Notes: a model not told the origin generated them from the sequence alone. Numbered from the stretch's first letter, positions 18,834 through 29,567 are shown. The stretch: DNA of 64,000 bases from Oscillospiraceae bacterium (GCA_017632775.1 JAGBQR010000027.1:5416-69415), one strand, 5' to 3'. Numbers and translations: made by a program.

Positions 18834-20549
18834 ATGCCGCTGTTTACAGAAAAATTTCTTACGGAACTCATCGAGCGGAACGACATCGTGGATGTGGTGA
18901 GCCAGTATGTGCAGCTTAACCGCCGCAGCGGGAGCAACCTTTTCGGGCTGTGCCCTTTCCACAGCGAAAAGACCCCCTCCTTCTCCGTCTCCCGATCCAA
19001 GCAGATCTATCACTGCTTCGGATGCGGGAAAGGGGGCGGAGTGATCAATTTTGTCATGGAGATCGAAAACGTCGGATTTGTGGATGCGGTCGCGATCCTG
19101 GCAAAACGGGCCGGAATGGAGATGCCGGAACGGGAGGATGATCCGGAAAGCCGGAAAAGGGAGCGTATCCTCGCTCTGAATAAAGACGCTGCCCGATTCT
19201 TCTATGAATGTCTCAACGCACCCGGCGGAAGCAGGGGCAGAGAATACATGGCGGGGAGGAAGATCAGCCGGAAAACGGCTACGGACTTCGGACTCGGTTT
19301 CGCACCGGACACCTGGGACAGCCTCCGGAATGCCATGAGAGAGAAGGGATACACGGACTACGAGCTCCTGGATGCCGGACTGGTGAAAAAAGGAAGGAAC
19401 GGAGGGGTCTATGACGCGTTCCGCAATCGCCTGATGTTTCCGGTGATCGACGTGCGCGGCAATGTGGTGGCTTTTTCCGGACGGATCCTGGGCGATGGCG
19501 AACCGAAGTACCTGAACTCCCCGGAGACGGCTGTTTTCAGCAAGAGCCGGAACCTGTTCGCGCTCAACCGCGCAAAACGATCCAAAGCCGGCTACTTCCT
19601 TCTTGCGGAAGGAAACGTCGATGTGGTCTCGCTGCATCAGGCAGGGTTCGATTCCGCGGTCGCGTCTTTGGGAACGTCTCTGACGGAACAGCAGGCACAG
19701 CTCCTCTCACACTATAAAAACGAAGTGATCATCGCCTATGATAACGACGAGGCCGGATCCAAGGCGACCTCGCGCGCGATCGGGATGTTTGAGAAACTGG
19801 ACGTGAAAGTGCGGGTGATCCGGCTCGACGGAGCCCAGAAAGATCCGGATGAATACATCCAGACGAGAGGGGCGGAAGCGTTCCAGAAACTGATCGAAGG
19901 CTCAGAGAACCGGATGGAATACAAGCTGCGCAGCATCCGTGAGAAGTATGATCTGTCACGTCCGGAGGAGAAAGCGGGATTTGCCGAGGAGGCCGTTCGG
20001 CTTGTTGCAAGACTCCCGCTGCAGGCGGAACGTCAGGTCTACGGCGCGGTGATCGCGGAACGGATCGGTGTGCGGGCGGATGCAGTGCAGAGCGACGTGG
20101 AGAGCCAGCGGAAAAGGCTGCTGCGCAGCACCGAGAAGAAAGAAAACCGCGAGCTCATCGGACAGACAGCGAAGCAGCGGAAGTATGAGAATCCTGCTTC
20201 AGCGATCGCCGAGGAAGGAATAGTGCGGCTGCTTTACCTGGAACCTTCCCTGATCCATACGGAAGGGCTTCCTCCGCCGGGCGCCTTCACGGACAGGAGA
20301 CTCGCGAAACTGTATGAGCATCTTACGGGAAAACTGCGAAGAGGAGAACTTGTCAGCACAGCGACGATGGGAGAACTGCTGGACAGCGGAGAGATGTCCC
20401 TGCTGGTACAGATCATTGAGGAACCGGAAAACCTCTCCGAAAGCGCGAAGACCCTGGCAGATTATCTGACGGCGATGAAGAAAGCCGCACCGAAGACCAT
20501 AAAGGACATACTGGAAGAAAAACAAAATCAGGAGAAAGGAAAGCAATAG
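18834..20549 (+). CDS. dnaG: DNA primase
   Basis: CHC2 zinc finger CPFHSEKTPSFSVSRSKQIYHCFGCGKGG and Toprim LLAEGNVDVVSLHQAG. Confidence 0.93.
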   Translation: MPLFTEKFLTELIERNDIVDVVSQYVQLNRRSGSNLFGLCPFHSEKTPSFSVSRSKQIYHCFGCGKGGGVINFVMEIENVGFVDAVAILAKRAGMEMPEREDDPESRKRERILALNKDAARFFYECLNAPGGSRGREYMAGRKISRKTATDFGLGFAPDTWDSLRNAMREKGYTDYELLDAGLVKKGRNGGVYDAFRNRLMFPVIDVRGNVVAFSGRILGDGEPKYLNSPETAVFSKSRNLFALNRAKRSKAGYFLLAEGNVDVVSLHQAGFDSAVASLGTSLTEQQAQLLSHYKNEVIIAYDNDEAGSKATSRAIGMFEKLDVKVRVIRLDGAQKDPDEYIQTRGAEAFQKLIEGSENRMEYKLRSIREKYDLSRPEEKAGFAEEAVRLVARLPLQAERQVYGAVIAERIGVRADAVQSDVESQRKRLLRSTEKKENRELIGQTAKQRKYENPASAIAEEGIVRLLYLEPSLIHTEGLPPPGAFTDRRLAKLYEHLTGKLRRGELVSTATMGELLDSGEMSLLVQIIEEPENLSESAKTLADYLTAMKKAAPKTIKDILEEKQNQEKGKQ

Positions 20550-20552
20550 ACG

Positions 20553-21947
20553 ATGGCAAGAAAAAAGACGGAAGAACCGATCCTCCCCGTGGAGCAGACT
20601 GCAGAGGAGCCGGCAGCATCCGAAGAGCGCGATGCTGTGACAGAGGAAGTCCTGACGGCGGAAGCAGAGATCTCAGCTCCGCCTGAGGAAGCTCCGCAGG
20701 CGCCGGGAGAAGAGTCCGTTCCGGCAAAACCCCGCCGGAAGAAAACTTCCATGAAGAAAAAAGCCCAGGAGGAGGAAGCCGTTCCGGAGCAGACGGAAGC
20801 AAAAACGCCGGAGGAAAAACTGGCGGAACTGATCGAGAAAGGGAAGAAGAAGGGGCGTCTCACAACAAAGGAACTGGAATGCCTGGAAGAACTGGGACTG
20901 GAAGGCGATGCCATCGAGAAATTCTATGATACCCTGGAGGCGAACAGCATCGAGATCGTAGCCGGATCGGGAGATGTGGATCTGGATGCGAACCTGGATG
21001 ATGTTATCCCGCTGCTGGACGATGACCTGCTCACCGACCCGGATCTCAACGACATGGAGAACCTGGAAGAGATCACGGAAGAGGAGATGCTCGATACCGA
21101 CGCCATGGTGGATACCTTCGCGACCGACGATCCGGTGCGTATGTACCTCAAGGAAATCGGAAAAGTCCGCCTGCTGACGCCGGAAGAAGAGGTCTCGCTT
21201 GCCATCCGGATGGCCGATGGCGACGAGGAAGCCAAGCATCGCATGACGGAAGCGAACCTCCGGCTCGTCGTTTCTATCGCCAAGCGTTATGTCGGCCGCG
21301 GGATGCAGTTCCTTGATCTGATCCAGGAGGGCAACCTCGGGCTGATCAAGGCTGTGGAGAAATTTGACCACACCAAAGGCTATAAGTTCTCCACGTATGC
21401 CACATGGTGGATCCGTCAGGCCATCACCAGGGCGATCGCGGATCAGGCGCGCACGATCCGCATCCCGGTGCATATGGTGGAGACCATCAACAAAACGATC
21501 CGTGTTTCCCGGCAGCTCCTGCAGGAACTCGGGCACGATCCTTCGGCGGAGGAAATAGCGGAAGAAATGAATCTGCCGGTGGAGAAGATCCGTGACATCC
21601 TGAAGATCGCACAGGAGCCTGTGTCTCTGGAAACGCCTATCGGCGAGGAAGAGGATTCGCATCTGGGCGATTTCATCCCGGATGAGGATGCCTCGGAACC
21701 GTCTGAAGCGGCATCGTTTTCCCTGCTGCGGGAACAGCTGGAGGAAGTTCTGGAAACGTTGGCTCCAAGAGAGAAAAAAGTGCTGGAACTTCGCTTCGGC
21801 ATCATTGACGGACGTACCCGCACACTGGAGGAAGTCGGCAAGGAATTCAATGTCACAAGAGAGCGTATCCGGCAGATCGAGGCAAAAGCCCTGAGAAAGC
21901 TGCGCCATCCCAGCCGGTCAAAAAAGCTGAAGGATTTCCTGAACTGA
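20553..21947 (+). CDS. rpoD: primary RNA polymerase sigma factor
   Basis: Region 2.4 [14 protein letters not shown] and region 4.2 [30 protein letters not shown]. About 95-aa acidic/Lys-rich N-terminal extension. Confidence 0.93.
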   Translation: MARKKTEEPILPVEQTAEEPAASEERDAVTEEVLTAEAEISAPPEEAPQAPGEESVPAKPRRKKTSMKKKAQEEEAVPEQTEAKTPEEKLAELIEKGKKKGRLTTKELECLEELGLEGDAIEKFYDTLEANSIEIVAGSGDVDLDANLDDVIPLLDDDLLTDPDLNDMENLEEITEEEMLDTDAMVDTFATDDPVRMYLKEIGKVRLLTPEEEVSLAIRMADGDEEAKHRMTEANLRLVVSIAKRYVGRGMQFLDLIQEGNLGLIKAVEKFDHTKGYKFSTYATWWIRQAITRAIADQARTIRIPVHMVETINKTIRVSRQLLQELGHDPSAEEIAEEMNLPVEKIRDILKIAQEPVSLETPIGEEEDSHLGDFIPDEDASEPSEAASFSLLREQLEEVLETLAPREKKVLELRFGIIDGRTRTLEEVGKEFNVTRERIRQIEAKALRKLRHPSRSKKLKDFLN

Positions 21948-21981
21948 GAACAGGGGATCCGGCCGCATGCGGCGGAAAAAT

Positions 21982-22037
21982 CACAGAACGGAAAGACTCC
22001 GGGCATGACCGATTGCCCGGAGTCTTTCCGTTCTGTG
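21982..22037. terminator. bidirectional terminator between rpoD and dnaE (24-bp perfect inverted repeat)
   Basis: CACAGAACGGAAAGACTCCGGGCA, an 8-nt loop, then TGCCCGGAGTCTTTCCGTTCTGTG. Verified base by base. Confidence 0.7.
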
Positions 22038-22047
22038 CAGGGATGGA

Positions 22048-25000
22048 CTATTTAAGAATGACATTGCCCTCACCGAGCAGTTCGGTGAGTTCGGCGATGA
22101 GCGCGCGATGCAGGAGACAGTTTGCGCCGATGCGTTTGTTTTCTTTCTCACACCATATCACCAGCCTGCCGTTTCCGGGAAACATGGTGAGCAGCAATTC
22201 GATCCGGTGAAGCATAGGGTCGCCGGAAGACGGGAGTTTTACATACAGGATCTGACCGGCCTGCACGGAGATGTTTTTCGCGTCTTCGTGCTGTGCGGTC
22301 CCGTCGGAGCGGACAGGGGCCTCCGGCGCGGCGTACCGCTCCTGTACCGGAGTGATCTCTTCCACGGTCAGCTGGGGCTCCTTTTCATCCCGGAGAGAGA
22401 TCCTCCCGGAAACGATGAGCACGGCATTGCTGCTGATCGAGTCTCCGCTTACATCGAGCACACGCTGGAAGGCGACCAGTTCCATGCTTCCTGTCTCATC
22501 CTCGAACTGGATATAGCACATGAGCGAATTGTTCCGCGTGGTACGGGTCCTGGAAGAGGATACGACACCGGCGATCGTGACGCGCTGGCCATCGGCAAAG
22601 CGGTGCGGTCCGTCCGAAGCCAGATCACTGAGGATCGATCCGATGGGAACGGCTCCGCTTCCCCGGATGCGCTCGCGATACTCATCCATGGGATGCCCGG
22701 AAAGGTACAGACCGGTTATCTCTCTTTCCATGTCCATTTTTTCCCGCGGAGAGAAGTCCGGAACATCCGGAAGGGGAACAGAGACCGCGGCGGATCCTTC
22801 CGGAGAGGAGCCGAAAAGATCGAACTGTCCTTCGATGACCTCTTTGGAAGCGCGGGACAAGCTGTCCAGAAGCACAGGAACGGTCTGCAGGAGGGCCCGG
22901 CGGTTGCAGCCCATGCTGTCGAAAGCTCCTGCCCGGATAAGGTTTTCCAGTGTGCGGCGATTCATGTCAGAGGAATACATCCGGGTGCAGAAATCCTCAA
23001 AGGAAGAGAAAAGACCGTTCGCTTCCCGCTCGGAAACAAGAGACCTGATCACGCTTCGTCCGATCCCCTTGATCGCTACCAGTCCGAAGCGGATATTCTC
23101 TCCCGAGACGGTAAAGTCCGGGCCGGATTCATTGACGTCCGGCGGGAGAAGAGCGATCCCCATCGCTTTGCATTCGGCAATATACTCGGCGACCTTCACG
23201 CTGCTGTCGAGCACGCTGGTGAGAAGCGCGGCCATGTATTCGCGGGGATAATGCTTTTTCATGTAGGCCGTGCGGTAACAGACGATGGCATAACTGACAG
23301 CATGCGCCTTGTTGAAGGCATAGCTGGCGAAAGCGATGATCTCGTCATATATGCTGTCTGCCACCGTTTCAGGAACACCGTTGGCCACGGCTCCCGGGAT
23401 GGAGCGGGAGGGATCTCCGTGCACGAAGGCGACCCGCTCCGCGTCGATCACGGAGTGCTTTTTTTTCGAGATCGCACGTCGGATGATGTCCGCCTGCCCC
23501 AGCGAGAATCCGGCCAGCCGCCGGAAGATCTCTATGACCTGCTCCTGGTACACGATGCAGCCGTAAGTGACGGACAGGATCGGACGAAGCAGTTCGTGTT
23601 TATAGGAGACTCTTTCCGGGTGCTGGGAACATTCCACAAAACGCGGTATGGAGTCCATCGGACCGGGTCGGTACAGGGCGATGATCGCGCTGACATCTTC
23701 GATGCTTTTCGCCCGGATGCTGGTACAGACCCCGGTCATGCCCGTGCTTTCCAGCTGGAAGACACCGCTGGTATGTCCATCGGCGAGCATTTCAAAGGTA
23801 GGCGCATCGTCTTCCGGGATACGGTCGATGGAGAAATCCGGGAAGCGCCTGCGGACCATTGCGGCCGCATCCTCCAGGACGGTAAGGTTCCGGAGACCGA
23901 GAAAATCCATTTTGAGCAGACCGAGCTCTTCCAGCGTGGTCATCGGATACTGGCAGACGACCGATTCATCGTTCTGGGCAAGCGGAACATATTCCATGAC
24001 CGGGTTTTCCGTGATCACGACACCGGCCGCATGGGTGGAAGCGTGGCGGGGCATGCCCTCCAGTTCCCTGGATATATCGATCAGCTGACGGACTCGCTCG
24101 TTGTTTTCATACATATCCCGCAGGGGCTTTGAAATGCTCAGCGCCTCATCCAGTGTCATGTTGATCGCCATGGGGACCTGCTTTGCCACCACATCGGTTT
24201 CCGCAAATGTCATGGACAGCACGCGCCCGACATCGCGGATCGCTCCGCGGGCGGCAAGGGTGCCGAATGTGACGATCTGGGCGACATGATCCTCGCCGTA
24301 GACCCGGTTCACATAGTCGATGACTTCACCGCGCCGGTTGACACAGAAATCCACGTCGATATCCGGCATGGAGACCCGTTCCGGATTGAGAAAGCGCTCA
24401 AAAAACAGACTGTACTTGATCGGGTCCACATCGGTTATATGCAGGCAGTAGGAAACAACGCTTCCCGCCGCACTTCCGCGCCCCGGACCGACCGGGATGC
24501 GCTGGCACTTGGCATAGGAGATGAAGTCTGAAACGATCAGGAAATAATCCACGAAGCCCATTTTCCGGATCATTTCCAGTTCATAGTCCAGCTGGGCGTG
24601 TACCTCCGGGTGGTCGGGAAAACGTTCGGAGAAGCCCTTTTCGCAGAGATCCCTCAGATAGGCATAGCTGTCGGTATACGGTGCTGGCAGCCGGAAGCGG
24701 GGAAGATGATAGTGACCGAATTCAAAATCAAAACTGCACATCTCGGCGATCTTCACCGTGTTGTCGGCCGCTTCGCCGTACTGCGGGAAGAGGGCCCGCA
24801 TCTCTTCCTCGCTCTTCAGGTAGAACTCATCCGTTTCAAAACGGAGGCGGTTCGGCTCGTTGTAGGTCTTTCCGGTCTGGATGCACATCAGGATATCCTG
24901 ATAGTATGAATCCTCTTTTTCGATATAATGGGCATCGTTGGTAAGCACGAGCGGGATGCCGGTCTCTTCATGAAGGCGGATCAGCTCCGGTGAGACGCGG

Positions 25001-25548
25001 TCTTCCTCCTCAATGCCGTGCTTCTGGATCTCAAGATAAAACCCGTCCGGGCCGAACAGCGCCTGAAGTTCGAGAGCCCGTTTCCTGGCTGCGGCAATGT
25101 CGCCCTGCAGGATCGCCTGCGGGATCTCGCCGGCAAGGCAGCCGGAAAGACAGATGAGGCCTTCGGCATGACTGCGGAGAAGTTCCCAGTCGATCCGCGG
25201 CTTCACATAGAAGCCGCGGGTGAAGGCCTCACTCACAAGATGACAGAGGTTGCGGTACCCGGTTTCATTCCTGCAGAGAAGGATCAGATGAGAGTAGTTG
25301 TTGTCGATCCCGTGCTCCTTGGACTCCATCGAACGGGGAGCGACATAGACCTCACAGCCGATCACAGGCCGGATCCCGGCATCCTTGCAGGCTTTGTAAA
25401 AAGCTACGGCACCGTACATCACGCCATGGTCGGTGATGGCAAGAGCAGGCTGGCCCATTTCCCGCGCACGCCGCGCAGCGCGGTCGATGCGGCAGGCCCC
25501 GTCCAGAAGAGAGTATTCACTGTGGACATGTAAGTGTACGAAACTCAT
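22048..25548 (-). CDS. dnaE: DNA polymerase III alpha subunit
   Basis: 1166 aa with PHP domain MSFVHLHVHSEYSLLDGA. The ATG overlaps the whiA stop (ATGA). Confidence 0.93.
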   Translation of the reverse strand: MSFVHLHVHSEYSLLDGACRIDRAARRAREMGQPALAITDHGVMYGAVAFYKACKDAGIRPVIGCEVYVAPRSMESKEHGIDNNYSHLILLCRNETGYRNLCHLVSEAFTRGFYVKPRIDWELLRSHAEGLICLSGCLAGEIPQAILQGDIAAARKRALELQALFGPDGFYLEIQKHGIEEEDRVSPELIRLHEETGIPLVLTNDAHYIEKEDSYYQDILMCIQTGKTYNEPNRLRFETDEFYLKSEEEMRALFPQYGEAADNTVKIAEMCSFDFEFGHYHLPRFRLPAPYTDSYAYLRDLCEKGFSERFPDHPEVHAQLDYELEMIRKMGFVDYFLIVSDFISYAKCQRIPVGPGRGSAAGSVVSYCLHITDVDPIKYSLFFERFLNPERVSMPDIDVDFCVNRRGEVIDYVNRVYGEDHVAQIVTFGTLAARGAIRDVGRVLSMTFAETDVVAKQVPMAINMTLDEALSISKPLRDMYENNERVRQLIDISRELEGMPRHASTHAAGVVITENPVMEYVPLAQNDESVVCQYPMTTLEELGLLKMDFLGLRNLTVLEDAAAMVRRRFPDFSIDRIPEDDAPTFEMLADGHTSGVFQLESTGMTGVCTSIRAKSIEDVSAIIALYRPGPMDSIPRFVECSQHPERVSYKHELLRPILSVTYGCIVYQEQVIEIFRRLAGFSLGQADIIRRAISKKKHSVIDAERVAFVHGDPSRSIPGAVANGVPETVADSIYDEIIAFASYAFNKAHAVSYAIVCYRTAYMKKHYPREYMAALLTSVLDSSVKVAEYIAECKAMGIALLPPDVNESGPDFTVSGENIRFGLVAIKGIGRSVIRSLVSEREANGLFSSFEDFCTRMYSSDMNRRTLENLIRAGAFDSMGCNRRALLQTVPVLLDSLSRASKEVIEGQFDLFGSSPEGSAAVSVPLPDVPDFSPREKMDMEREITGLYLSGHPMDEYRERIRGSGAVPIGSILSDLASDGPHRFADGQRVTIAGVVSSSRTRTTRNNSLMCYIQFEDETGSMELVAFQRVLDVSGDSISSNAVLIVSGRISLRDEKEPQLTVEEITPVQERYAAPEAPVRSDGTAQHEDAKNISVQAGQILYVKLPSSGDPMLHRIELLLTMFPGNGRLVIWCEKENKRIGANCLLHRALIAELTELLGEGNVILK

Positions 25549-26489
25549 GTCAGATCCTCGCAGTCGGTTGAAGAAAGGGATGGTCTGTCCGCGGCGTCAG
25601 CCAGTTCCTGGATCCTTTTCAGACGGTGGGAAAGACAGCTTTTGGATACAGGAGGGATCGAAAGAAGAGCAAGATCGGACAGACTGGCGTCCGGATTCGT
25701 TATACGGAGAAGCGCTGTATCCTTCAGCGCTTCAGGAAGCGCGTCCAGTCCGAAGGCGGAGGCAAAGCGGTGGATCGACTCGATCTGTTCCTGAGCGGCG
25801 GAGACGATCTTATCCGCGTTGGCACTGTCGCAGTTGACCCGGCGGGTGATCGTATTGCGCATCTCCTTTTCCACTTTTGCGGTCATGACGGTCATTGCCG
25901 CGGAAGGAGCGCCGAGAAGGGTAAGAAGATCGGCGATCGGATCGGCCTTCTTCAGGTAGAGAAGGCTGTTGTTCTTGCGGTCGGATTCATGCGCGGTGAA
26001 GCCCAGCTCCGATAAAAGCGAGCAGGCTTCACGGCTTACACTGCGGTGAGGCGTGGAAAACTCAAGATGAAAGTGTTTCTCCGGATCTGTCACGCTTCCT
26101 CCGGCCAGAAAGGCGCCGCGAAGAAAAGAAGGCCGGCAGGACTCCTCCTCAAGAACAGCAAGATTGATATGATGGGAAAGGGTATAACGCGGGGAGATCC
26201 CGAAGCGGTCAAAGATCTGAAGGATCCTGGAAGGATCCCGGATCAGCAGGCTCTGTCTTCCGGATGTTCCGGAAGAAGAGACGGCGGGCTCAAAGGAAAA
26301 GCCGAACAGGCGGCGGAGCAGGGTGTTTATCCGTGAGGCAAAATCTGTGCTCGTCGTAACGATCCGGATCTCACCGGACGAAAAAGTATGGGCGAACAGA
26401 AGAGCGCCATAGCATTCTGCAAGGGCGCAGCTGTCTTTTTCGTGACGGACCCGGCACAGTTCGGATTTTGTATCAGAAGCGAAAGACAT
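25545..26489 (-). CDS. whiA: DNA-binding protein WhiA
   Basis: 314 aa with MSFASDTKSELCR N-terminus and C-terminal HTH SKSCLSHRLKRIQELA. Confidence 0.85.
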   Translation of the reverse strand: MSFASDTKSELCRVRHEKDSCALAECYGALLFAHTFSSGEIRIVTTSTDFASRINTLLRRLFGFSFEPAVSSSGTSGRQSLLIRDPSRILQIFDRFGISPRYTLSHHINLAVLEEESCRPSFLRGAFLAGGSVTDPEKHFHLEFSTPHRSVSREACSLLSELGFTAHESDRKNNSLLYLKKADPIADLLTLLGAPSAAMTVMTAKVEKEMRNTITRRVNCDSANADKIVSAAQEQIESIHRFASAFGLDALPEALKDTALLRITNPDASLSDLALLSIPPVSKSCLSHRLKRIQELADAADRPSLSSTDCEDLT

Positions 26490-26492
26490 GGT

Positions 26493-27359
26493 TCATTTCT
26501 CCAGATCACGGTCGATGTTGTCGGAAGAGAAACCCTTGGATTTCAGATGATTGCTGAGCGCGTGCGCAATCGCCACGGAACGGTGCCGTCCTCCCGTACA
26601 GCCGATCGCGACAGTAAGGCTCAGTTTCCCTTCCTCCACATACATCGGGATCAGGAACTCGATCATATCTTCGAGTTTTTCCATGAACAGTCTGGCCTGC
26701 CTGTGTCCGAAAACATACTCGGCAACAGGAAGATCGAGGCCGGTCTGCTGACGGAGCTCATCCACATAGAACGGATTCGGCATGAAGCGCACATCAAAAA
26801 CGAGATCGGCATCCAAAGGAATACCGTATTTGTATCCGAAAGAGAGGACCGTGATGTTCAGGGCACGCATCTGCCCTTCTGCCGCGAACAGGCTGAAAAG
26901 ACGGTTCTGAAGCATACCGAGCGTAAGACCGGAGGTGTTCACGATGTAGTCTGCCCGCTCCCGAACAGGGGCCAGAAGACGGATCTCACGGCGTACGGCA
27001 TCTTCGATGGACCGCTTGTCCTGCGCAAGCGGATGTGGCCGGCGGCTTTCCTTGTAGCGTCGAACGATGGTCGGTACATCGGCGTCCATATAAAGGATCC
27101 GGCAGTCGTAACCGGAGCGGCCGAAGGAGTCGAGCGTACTCAGCAGCGCGGTGAAATCCTCGTTTTCACGGACATCTGTGACCAGGGCGACCTTTTCGTA
27201 CCTTCCGCCGGCCGCGACACAGAATTCCGCGAACTTTTCCATCAGGGCAACAGGCATGTTGTCCACACAGTAAAAGTCAAGGTCTTCCAGAACATCCGCG
27301 GCGCGGCTTTTACCGGCGCCGGAGAGGCCGGTGATGATCAGAAATTCCATAAACCTCAT
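26493..27359 (-). CDS. rapZ: RNase adapter / nucleotide-binding protein RapZ (YvcJ)
   Basis: P-loop ITGLSGAGKS and C-terminal GCTGGRHRSVAIA. Confidence 0.9.
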   Translation of the reverse strand: MRFMEFLIITGLSGAGKSRAADVLEDLDFYCVDNMPVALMEKFAEFCVAAGGRYEKVALVTDVRENEDFTALLSTLDSFGRSGYDCRILYMDADVPTIVRRYKESRRPHPLAQDKRSIEDAVRREIRLLAPVRERADYIVNTSGLTLGMLQNRLFSLFAAEGQMRALNITVLSFGYKYGIPLDADLVFDVRFMPNPFYVDELRQQTGLDLPVAEYVFGHRQARLFMEKLEDMIEFLIPMYVEEGKLSLTVAIGCTGGRHRSVAIAHALSNHLKSKGFSSDNIDRDLEK

Positions 27360-28375
27360 TCTCCGTTTTCCGGGGAAGACTGTAAAGCACTTCCGTAAAC
27401 ATGATGAAGGGGAGCGGCAGGAGATTCATCGACAAGTCTGTATTCCGGGGAAAGAAGGATGATCTCCGGTTCCAGCGGGACGCCCTTCTGCTGATAGACT
27501 GTGCTGCGAACGTGCATCATCAGGTCATACACATCATGAGAGGTGGCATTCCCGAGATTGACGATGAAACCGGCATGCTTCGGAGAAACCTGCGCGCCGC
27601 CGACCGTATAGCCCTTCAGACCGCACTCGTCGATCAGGGCGGCGGCATAGTATCCTTCGGGGCGCCGGAACGCGCTTCCGGCAGAGGGGAGATCCAGGGG
27701 CTGCTTCTCGCGCCGGCGGTCGTTGAGTTCCCGCATCTTTGCGGAGATCTCTTCGGGATCGCCTTCTTTCAGACGGAAGACCGCGCTGACGATCGCACAG
27801 CCTGCAATGGTCTGGAACGCACTTTTGCGGTATCCGAAACCGCACTGCGCATTCAGGGTTTCATAGAGCTTCTGCTGCGGAAGATAATAGGTGACGACGC
27901 TTTCTGTCACGTCCTTCATCTCCCCGCCGTATGCTCCGGCGTTCATCAGTATGCCGCCGCCGACGCTCCCGGGGATTCCGGAGGCGAATTCCAGCCCGGA
28001 CAGGGAATGCTGACAGGCAAAACTGGACAGCTTTGCCAGGGAGACGCCCGCCTCCGCATAGATCGCTCCGTCGGGCAGAAGGAAAAGCCTGTCCATCCTT
28101 TCTGTGGAGATGATGAAAAGCTCCGGAAGACCCTCATCCGGGAAAAGGATGTTGGTACGGTTGCCGGTGACAAGCGGCAGGAGCTTGTTCTTTTTCAGGA
28201 TATGTGTGAGCCGGGAAAAGGAAGTGATGTCTCCGGGAAGGGCGAAGGCCCTGACCGGACCTCCGATCCGAAAGGAGGAATGGGCGGCCATGGGTTCGTT
28301 CTCAAGCAGAGGCATGGAAGGAAGCGTTTCTTTGATTTCACGGACGGCATTGTCGAGAGCGGTGAGAAGATCCAT
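27356..28375 (-). CDS. murB: UDP-N-acetylenolpyruvoylglucosamine reductase
   Basis: SSFRIGGP FAD-domain motif and C-terminal SAGSAFRRPEG...GAQVSPKHAGFIVN. ATG 28375 lies 1 nt after the hprK stop. Confidence 0.88.
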   Translation of the reverse strand: MDLLTALDNAVREIKETLPSMPLLENEPMAAHSSFRIGGPVRAFALPGDITSFSRLTHILKKNKLLPLVTGNRTNILFPDEGLPELFIISTERMDRLFLLPDGAIYAEAGVSLAKLSSFACQHSLSGLEFASGIPGSVGGGILMNAGAYGGEMKDVTESVVTYYLPQQKLYETLNAQCGFGYRKSAFQTIAGCAIVSAVFRLKEGDPEEISAKMRELNDRRREKQPLDLPSAGSAFRRPEGYYAAALIDECGLKGYTVGGAQVSPKHAGFIVNLGNATSHDVYDLMMHVRSTVYQQKGVPLEPEIILLSPEYRLVDESPAAPLHHVYGSALQSSPENGE

Positions 28376-28376
28376 A

Positions 28377-29318
28377 TCAGAACATCCCCCTGTCGATAGC
28401 GTCATCGATCGAAGAAGCCAGAGCTTCCGCGGCATTATAACCGGCCTTTTTCTGACGGTTGTTCATTGCGGCGACCTCCAGGATAACAGCAAGGTTCCGG
28501 CCCGGACGGACCGGTATGGTCAGAGAAGGTATGGAGAGGCCAAGGATGTCCTGGTATTCCTGGATGAGACCGAGCCGGTCGTATGCCTTCCCTTCCTGCC
28601 AGGACTCCAGTTTTACGACCATCTCGACCATGGAAGCGCCTTTGATGGCACCGATACCGTAAAGGGAACGGACATTCACGATGCCGATGCCGCGAAGTTC
28701 CATGAAGTGCCGGATGTTGGCCGGAGCACTGCCGAGCAGTGTGTTTTTATCGATCCGCCGGATCTCCACGGCATCGTCCGCGATCAGGCGATGTCCGCGC
28801 TTGATGAGTTCCAGAGCGGTCTCGCTTTTCCCGATACCGCTGTCTCCCAGTATGAGCATGCCTTCTCCGTAGACCTCCACGAGCACACCATGGGTCGTGA
28901 TGCGCGGAGCAAGATACTTGTGCAGCGCTGTGATGATATTCGCCTGCAGATCAGAGGTGTCTTCCTCAGACGCCAGAAGGTTCCGGTCATGCTTTTCCGC
29001 CATCTCCAGGCATTCCGGAGTGGCTTCCACTCCATGACAGAGAACAAGTGCGGGAAAATCGTTTTTCATGTATTCATCGAACGCCGCCAGCCTCTGCTCG
29101 TGTGTGAGCGTCGCGAGATAGGTGCTTTCAACGATCCCGAGGAGCTGCAGCCTGGCGGGATCGAAATAGTCGTAAAAACCGGTGAGCTGAAGAGCGGGAC
29201 GGTTGACATCAGCGGTGGTGAGGAAGGTCGTCTCGTAGCTGGAGGATTTATGAAGGAACCTGAGATTGTTCTCCTCCACGATCACCTGCAGTTCCACTTT
29301 GTATTTTCCGGTTTCCAT
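28377..29318 (-). CDS. hprK: HPr kinase/phosphorylase
   Basis: P-loop GDSGIGKSETALELIKRGHRLIADD. 314 aa from ATG 29318 (METGKYKV). The ORF-track start at 29702 is an upstream extension. Confidence 0.9.
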   Translation of the reverse strand: METGKYKVELQVIVEENNLRFLHKSSSYETTFLTTADVNRPALQLTGFYDYFDPARLQLLGIVESTYLATLTHEQRLAAFDEYMKNDFPALVLCHGVEATPECLEMAEKHDRNLLASEEDTSDLQANIITALHKYLAPRITTHGVLVEVYGEGMLILGDSGIGKSETALELIKRGHRLIADDAVEIRRIDKNTLLGSAPANIRHFMELRGIGIVNVRSLYGIGAIKGASMVEMVVKLESWQEGKAYDRLGLIQEYQDILGLSIPSLTIPVRPGRNLAVILEVAAMNNRQKKAGYNAAEALASSIDDAIDRGMF

Positions 29319-29370
29319 AGAGAACCCCCCGTTTTTTGAAAGTATGCAAAACATCCTGCAATATACATAT

Positions 29371-29399
29371 ATTTTAAACGTTTTCCCATGCTTTGGCAA
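29371..29399 (-). promoter_or_regulatory. candidate sigma-A promoter of the hprK-murB-rapZ-whiA-dnaE string: -35 TTGCCA, 17-nt spacer, -10 TAAAAT
   Basis: On the minus strand the -35 is at 29399-29394 and the -10 at 29376-29371. Confidence 0.4.
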
Positions 29400-29483
29400 T
29401 GCTTTTATGCCGTCCGTACCGCCCGTACAGAGCCGCGGGAAAGGAAAGCGCGGAGAAAGAAGGGAACAGAGCAAAAATTTTCC

Positions 29484-29512
29484 TTGCAATTGCAAATCCG
29501 GTCTGCTATTAT
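29484..29512 (+). promoter_or_regulatory. candidate sigma-A promoter of rpmB: -35 TTGCAA, 17-nt spacer, -10 TATTAT
   Basis: Hexamers at 29484-29489 and 29507-29512. Confidence 0.45.
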
Positions 29513-29567
29513 ATAAAAGCTGTTCTGAAAAGGGCAGAGAACACAAGCAAGGAGGTGCTTCAGCAAT

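Noticed and set aside
20553-20850. A ~95-aa acidic/Lys-rich N-terminal extension of RpoD as something unusual.
   Set aside because: Low-complexity region-1.1-like extensions of primary sigma factors are common and variable. Nothing else marks it as special.
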